Positions 61,501-64,000 of a DNA stretch of 64,000 nucleotides are shown here, piece by piece. Numbering within the stretch: the stretch's first letter is position 1; each line of letters begins with the position of its first letter. The stretch is from IMG/VR virus record IMGVR_UViG_3300035184_001342; one strand, 5' to 3'. Source of the DNA: an uncultured virus (IMG/VR IMGVR_UViG_3300035184_001342) (Duplodnaviria; Heunggongvirae; Uroviricota; Caudoviricetes). Below the pieces are notes generated by a model. That model was not told the DNA's origin, searched no databases, and saw only the letters and a program-made list of their open reading frames with translations. The position numbers and the translations under genes were made by a program.

Positions 61501-64000
61501 CAACGTCTACCATACCAGTATGATTAAACGTAAACGAATTTTCTCTTTCAAATCCAGTATTTAATGTATAGTCATTATCTACTAATTGCGACCATTGAAT
61601 AAAGTCACTAATCATACTATCGTTAATTTGAGAGTGTGTTAAATCAGTTTTTCTACTGTGTCCCGGAATATAATCGTGGATATTAAACAACGCAGGATCA
61701 TATTCTACTTTTAAGTTATTGTATATTCTTTTTTCTAGTTCTAGTAACAAGTCATCTCTGTAGTCACCATATGCAATGGTAATACTACCATCGTGTCCTT
61801 GAATAACTTGTTGTGTTTCAAGATACGTATCATCCTGCAAAAGTGCTGGTTCGTATTTTGGAAACAATCCTAACTTTGTTGGTGTTTGTGGAATATAACT
61901 ACCATTAGTAGTTTGATATTCAAAAATGTCAATAATATCACCTTGCACTTTTTCAGCAGTGATAATTACAAATCCCTGTTCATTAAATGTATAATCTCTA
62001 TTATGTAATAATTGTACACCGTTTAAATAAACTTGTACAGCAATATCTGATAACGTAGTTAGATTAAATTTAGTATTCAATGCAAAAAAGTTATTTTCAG
62101 AATCAAACACTTCAGTTGTAGATCTTGTTGATCCTGTAAAAGGTACCATATCACTAAAGTAAAACGGCATTAAATTAGTTTTGTCTTTTGTAATTTCTTT
62201 TAAGATTAAATCAACGTGATCTTTTACTGGACCGCTAAATCCTAAACTAGTAGCAACTTGTATAAACGAACGCTTAAATTTGCTGTATTCTCGACGAGCA
62301 AATTTAAGTGCTTTAATAACATTAGCATCTTTGTTTACAAGATGGTATGCAGACAAGTTAAACGGCGATGAATGTTTTACAATTCTTTTACCGTATTTTG
62401 ATATGTTTCCTAAATCTCTTAAATTACTTACACCAGGAAATATACCGTCAAATGTTCCAATTTCTTCAACAATAGTACCTACGTGGTCGTTTATTTCACC
62501 AAGAGTAAATTCGTTGACGTTAGCATTTAAGGGGTTTCTTTCTAAATTACTAGCAATTTGATATTTGCCCGCTTCGGTCTTTATTGCCGATGATTTAGTT
62601 TTTAAAAGTATTTTATCGCCAATGGTTAATTGATTAATAAATGTAACGGTTACATTTTCATTTGCATCTTGCCCTAATGTATAATCTTTATCTTTAAATT
62701 TTAAATCATTATTAACAAAAACTCTTACCCATAGATCATCTAGTGTTGCACTTCTTTCGTATACATCAACAGTAAAAAATGTTCTTGTATTATCATTTAT
62801 ATACTGCTGTATCACTGGCTGACTACTTAGATCATCTGCTTTTGCCCAACCATTTAAAAGTTCCCAAGAATCTCTACCAGAATATTTTCTTAAATATCCT
62901 TTGTTAATATTTTCTTCAACTAATGTATCATCAGGCATTACATAAGAAACTTTATCTTGTAAAAAGTTAGATTCAAAAACAATGTCGCCTACGTTTTGAA
63001 TACTTCTATATGATAATGCAAAGCCTAATTCAGTATCAGTTTTTCCTGTGCCTTGCTTGTATGTAAATAATTGTGTTCCAGCAAATGTTGACGATTCATA
63101 ATATGCTGTATTAGAATAGCTATAGCCAGTGTCGCTATAAACATCAAATAACGGTTGTTGGTTTAGTTCTGTTTTTTGCTGTGTTTTCTTCCAAATTGTA
63201 CCGTTATACCAAAGCATATTACCTTTAAAGGTAGTACCTTGCTTACACAATACAACTTCGTTTACTAATGGTGCAGTATCTGTAGTTTCTTTTAGTGTTA
63301 TTTGTCTTACGTTATTAAATGTAATAAATTGTACTTCATAAATTTTTCCTACAACTAACGGATCAGTGTCAGCTGTAAACAGTACTCTCATACCATTTGT
63401 AAGATCAACGTCATCAATATTATAACCTTGAGATCCTTCAATTGTGCTAAAAATATCTGTAGTAAAGTTGTCAACCAAGTCAATACTATCTTTAATAACT
63501 GTACCGTAATTAAATAGTTTTAAGTTTGCTTCAAATTCAATAATAGGTCTTGTTGCTCTTGATGTTTGATCTAAGTTAACAATTTGATTGTTTATTGCTG
63601 CACTTTTTTCAATTACATCTTTATGGAACCATCTATTATATTTAGACCATAAGTTTCCGTCAATACTTGCTCTATTAATTGTGATATAATCTTTATTTGC
63701 AGGATAACCAATTGCTTCAGAGAAAGGCAATGCATCAAAACCAGTTGTGTCAAAATCTACACTCAAATCACTAGTATAAGAACTAGGAACATTAAGTTCA
63801 ACTTCTGACCTAAGTGTAATACTTTCGCCTACACCTTCCACATACCAAAATCCTTCGCCATACTTGGCCGGAGTTGCATTACCAACAAATTCTAATTTCA
63901 TTCCATTTGAAAGTGCAATGCCTAATTCTGAAGTATATGTTTTATTTCCTAAAATAGCAGTTTCCACATCTATCGAAGTTGCTTCTTCTAACTCAAGTAC
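49502..64000 (-). CDS. giant multidomain virion (baseplate wedge-like) protein, >4830 aa, 5'-truncated by window edge
   Basis: Frame stays open to base 64000 (VLELEEATSIDVETA). Contains FG-GAP-like propeller blades, CBM5/12-like W..Y..G..V.Y modules, GxGY..AP repeats and a C-terminal IPT/TIG-like domain. Confidence 0.85.
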   Translation of the reverse strand, partial: VLELEEATSIDVETAILGNKTYTSELGIALSNGMKLEFVGNATPAKYGEGFWYVEGVGESITLRSEVELNVPSSYTSDLSVDFDTTGFDALPFSEAIGYPANKDYITINRASIDGNLWSKYNRWFHKDVIEKSAAINNQIVNLDQTSRATRPIIEFEANLKLFNYGTVIKDSIDLVDNFTTDIFSTIEGSQGYNIDDVDLTNGMRVLFTADTDPLVVGKIYEVQFITFNNVRQITLKETTDTAPLVNEVVLCKQGTTFKGNMLWYNGTIWKKTQQKTELNQQPLFDVYSDTGYSYSNTAYYESSTFAGTQLFTYKQGTGKTDTELGFALSYRSIQNVGDIVFESNFLQDKVSYVMPDDTLVEENINKGYLRKYSGRDSWELLNGWAKADDLSSQPVIQQYINDNTRTFFTVDVYERSATLDDLWVRVFVNNDLKFKDKDYTLGQDANENVTVTFINQLTIGDKILLKTKSSAIKTEAGKYQIASNLERNPLNANVNEFTLGEINDHVGTIVEEIGTFDGIFPGVSNLRDLGNISKYGKRIVKHSSPFNLSAYHLVNKDANVIKALKFARREYSKFKRSFIQVATSLGFSGPVKDHVDLILKEITKDKTNLMPFYFSDMVPFTGSTRSTTEVFDSENNFFALNTKFNLTTLSDIAVQVYLNGVQLLHNRDYTFNEQGFVIITAEKVQGDIIDIFEYQTTNGSYIPQTPTKLGLFPKYEPALLQDDTYLETQQVIQGHDGSITIAYGDYRDDLLLELEKRIYNNLKVEYDPALFNIHDYIPGHSRKTDLTHSQINDSMISDFIQWSQLVDNDYTLNTGFERENSFTFNHTGMVDVDEQPVNGYWRSVYKYAYDTDRPHTHPWEMLGFTIKPLWWDTEYGEAPYTSNNLLMWEDIQEGIIRTPGTSGVKLPKYARKFITTHIPVDESGNLISPILSSFIKSYNTTDLNARYEFGDHSPVETAWRKSAEYPFALITSLVLNQPSRTFATIFDRARQIRGTATQINYKVNNTVIALSNIDFPNSIKEATRVYTSGLINYIVDYLAANVSTPYDTYKTELVTINNQIGFKIGGYTTKDKFKLILDSRTPTNQGNVFVPEENYTISLNKSAPIKNITYSGVIIEKQSNGFIVNGYDRETPYFNQYPAIALQNDPLIRIGGISASFVEWTPSKTYVDGAIVEHQNVYYRCTEQHVSSTDFDISKFAKLPEVPVEGGREAYFRKSFKNNIERVSYGTTYKTIQEVVDFLLGYAYYLESEGFCFDYYSADNEFVSNWQTSAKEFMFWSTQNWGAGAVITLSPGAFQLKFKSEYAVVDDIYDTFYGYSLLKADGKKLQSQFVSLTRENAKEFVVKPKATEDGIFAVRLSLVQKEHIVVIDNKTVFGDIIYDLEPGYRQERIKVLGYRTTDWDGSLNIPGFVFDNATVTEWKSWKDYAISDIVKYKEFYYSANNKIPGTENFIDSNWTRLSEKPSMDLKPNWEYKTNQFADFYDLDTDNFDLEQQKFAQHLIGYQNRDYLANIINDDVSQYKFYQGMIQDKGTNNALTKLFDVLSSDNKDSLEFYEEWAIKQGQYGASEGFEEVEFILDEDQFKLQPQSVELVNSTTGSETDLIYRIKPFEVYLRPNDYNHKPFPTTYVKDTYTKNSGYVNNEDVQFVIDDYESIANIEYNDVRNKDMFWVGNVGLSWNVYTLLRLDLELEEVAVDGDTRTLKFATNISTLNVDDYIGIEYVSEDGVNIGKFVKVTKILNNIVTIDDLELSASETVTNTIMTHFVSVRVGTYDEASKLVQTYKQGITRVWVDEDSNNQWKVIENTPGYKNHQVIANSQAGTDHTYGYSLAANNNNTLLCVGAPDNNNGKVFVYVRAGNAGSYQLNQIIEPDSGLADDNEKFGYSIDVDETGRYLVVGSPEASNVRSDFNGEWVTTTNYNPSDIVRYKDNLWSANKEIDGATNAIQFGSFESVAQIMVALLQTEQDDNPRPTILTGDYPFNSEEVDAAFNTDHWIVKAPRDMYDGSGIGDTVKLRWNDLTYANQGTATINSVAPFGGDNPLIDEAYITGDHTIVEKIDSILYVENSTTIPLVGQIIESINGFAEVSYTFNVGAKVTIYVKNQNGTFGTVGSITTSIGEFVGEYITAGPDDTAVDADESWGGYWRFNTTSSYLVANTTNSDLGRGLVYVDVTPIGETNENRFYYNQLDYATNNVNSADTDHNQLITLSFEGSPGPEEVVGSFESGLYVFKAPLALTDQLETELVSQGDPGNPALDIFYNPMPSFLTGELGNRDVATIGLDVNDVNKKHTVYDVWDGWIDFRITKNLGGNPVDPKVGLTVRDVTNLGTAEVVFYQRYDTVNARIYVKNVTGTWAVGNLFNENREIEFLADGSGDPLYDPGAGFRIFGQIEQRSFPSVADGIGKFVVINNGPDIQIQDIDDDVATREDTISNGEYWFFREETVDGIARLPNIPTITNNDWDIIYNVPASTGGTTPVAAGNAATANEGMYSIYERRGIGSFGKINSFIVPDRKENQYLGTKIKVTQNGSTNKLFVESKGDNTLTNPGRIYIYKNGNFDGVNFGWDSSRNKSYTGVYDTSTVYFTDELVYNNGELYRAATTTGPGAFDNSDWTVLADNEIVDYLGYLPNKTGNIVGENEIIDAVQLTKFAKAFDVDGTGEVIVVTTEYSLEKPNTIEVYRNINGSFYKAQSIEAPNKDTNFGTNIAISNDGGLIAVGAPYDDTESLDQGKVYVYKKQAGAFALSQTLFSPSKEKTELFGWTVDFDGSKLIIGSRNSDSSITTTFDGSGVGNTAPVTTFDNKLTTFKAFAADTGNVRVYERLEDNLIYAETLEFDRDNVIYFGTNVLLKNNHVYVGLPEYNTSDREGVVVDYRIQDNTNVWSILRAAKNTVDVSKIKRAMLYDKSTNKIIEYIDYIDPLQGKIAGPAEQELTYKTYYDPATYTTGTLPNTDPTNSWSGTQEGQLWWDLSNAKFKNPYQLDVIFSATNWNSLFSNSNSIDVYEWVRSKLLPSEWDSLSGTAEGISQGITGTTKSSDNAYVVKRQYNKAIGVFTNYYYYWVKDKSTIPGVEGRALSSKDVASLIKDPSNQQYRFISLIGNDQFAVHNCENLLRDQDIVLSIQYWTIENQNINIHNQYQIVTEGLESSVPNRDIQRKWFDSLVGYDEQDRQVPAPELSDKEKYGILNRPRQGWFVNREEALKQVITRVNSVLAENLVADDKDITSLTDAQPFPSKQSKRWDRSVDTFTELQFVGVAKAEQAKVTPVIEDGQIVRINITNPGRGYVQAPTIKILGIGGAGAELESVIDGQGRVTEIKINSSGTNYPESTLLTIRRYTVLVESDQSLQGKWALYERDTISKEWILVESQSYDVNKYWCYLDWYAAGFSSFTNIDFIIDFSYNLTTINDKIGDIIKIQNVGSGGWLLLRKIDSQDVVDYSINYTTIGRQNGTIEFKNTLYDVSAALVGFDTTSYDVLTFDSLPATETRIILNTIKNNIFVNDLALEYNKLFFASLRYVFAEQSYVDWAFKSSFLKAKHNVGELEQKVNFQNDNLPSYEAYIKEVKPYKTKIREYLSSYEAIDNSQTITADFDLPARYVAAQDSIVPQVVKITDGIIQANNPEELATFPNKSWADNLGYKVLSVELADAGAGYTMAPEITIENNNGTVATAIATLGQGGKINKITVVTQGSGYLKAPTVTINGSLGTDGREGKAFAIIGDSAVRSLQTVIKFDRVSGVYEFVTLNTTETFASGGKTFNFNLKWPMDVKTSRVAVFENNEEVLSRRYTYSNILDTSKGYNRYFGQIKFIDPPAANAEIRVDYFKSINLLKAQDRINLAYAPTGDNFGNTLGQLMSGVDYGGVEVTSFDFGGTTGWNSSPWMAQGWDIFDADFEDEIFQLSDDSTRIITFATPLENDTTYNVYKNGIRIDAADWDPSVPSPTNPNALMLTITGAGQTGIALYDDDAPVESTIIVFDEQLIPTAPGDVIIIRKTTSDGSFIADPESYDTAISGGDLVYSTATGLDAASINIDGDGFVTQTTSKGPEEIVPGQVLDTLDLQVYEKPKGGASQITSRNYIGNGVQTIFDIGSVITQTENLFIKVNYNIINKTDFVLNFNTNQLIFNTPPGNNERVSIINVGFSATTILDIDSFTGNGTAIDFLTNAQFEANAVSYVTVNGVTTDVSLIESDDTYDTSGNFVIRFATPPINGAVIQMLIATGGIEIPQQYSTVTIDEIIADGSSTSYQLSQAPFEDKPEQQFVLVKVNNQILEGGYSQTFKVKKNLKEYQLDLTQIPVASINSYDLLVYLNDVELEYLQTWTFEGAGSFDSSLTAQSQPGSTLTLTQGIGEEGDELKIVVVTGSDYRMGYLDSSNDFIKTPDTVYFDSVYPEDTKIEIMQFSNDKSQGIERQSFEVTEKTETTPGTPLYYSFGLLRKGIITLRKPARDSEYVWVTRNGTLLMPNVDYIVTSNKNYVKLAEQPQEGDKLQVIHFAEEIVVNKFGWRQFKDMLNRTHYKRLQELQHLAQPLNWYDDVIEVVDATDLPNPETDSKYPGIIFIEGERIEYFRKAGNTLLQLRRGTLGTGIKQLYEAGAMFMEQGAGATLPYKDDKQVVTVTAGGYSTGSETYENSSGMSVTSVAYDFNNNTAFPLGGQVCTVIGTGFTNRAEIYVGETLVVTTFISSTELTFVTPALSVGAYDLIVVNPFTSTPIDTPQTSFVLNGGIKYVQVLLPFAPIPNPTSAVGWYKNTIPEEYWEAQDIEVFVAGNRLRKKPTKLYNYTEQDSPEGDINLEAEFAVNKAVGAYVRLTVPPAQGSTVNIFRTTGKTWSDVGETIASSDSNVAKFLRDRTTELPR

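Noticed and set aside
1..64000. tRNA, rRNA, CRISPR array, transposon, intron or intein
   Set aside because: Intergenic gaps are about 75 bp or less, and I recognised no repeat-spacer pattern, cloverleaf, transposase or homing-endonuclease motif by eye.
1..64000. Alternative genetic code (stop reassignment seen in some jumbo phages)
   Set aside because: Code 11 gives near-complete coding density, and TAA, TAG and TGA all end genes at sensible positions.

Overview
The window is an AT-rich, densely coding segment of a large tailed dsDNA phage (myovirus-like, probably jumbo), read with the standard bacterial code. I saw no rRNA, tRNA, CRISPR array or mobile element. The left end has a truncated DUF2201-like metallopeptidase/VWA gene, four small hypothetical genes and a tail-fibre-like gene (2607-3827). 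The right end (42377-64000, minus strand) is a baseplate/tail-fibre module, including a structural ORF of more than 4800 aa that runs off the window. Between them is a ~38.5 kb island of 43 tightly packed genes, about 39 of them enzyme-like: 12 radical SAM proteins (two with B12-binding-like N-termini, one resembling archaeal tetraether synthase Tes/MJ0619), 8 2OG-Fe(II)/cupin oxygenases, 5 glycosyltransferase-like proteins, 3 SGNH-like proteins, 2 degenerate kinases, and single copies of a flavin halogenase, class III aminotransferase, amidinotransferase, SDR, RmlB-like dehydratase, QueC-like ATPase, methyltransferase, AdoMetDC and GNAT. This is the best candidate for an undescribed system, possibly glycan or virion-surface decoration or a small-molecule pathway. 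Regulatory signals include a recurring TAA(A/G)TA late-promoter-like motif, found exactly 5 nt before the ATG in five genes (apparently leaderless), and two near-perfect sigma70 promoters. CATG appears strongly avoided. All family calls come from reading motifs by eye; no database search was run.
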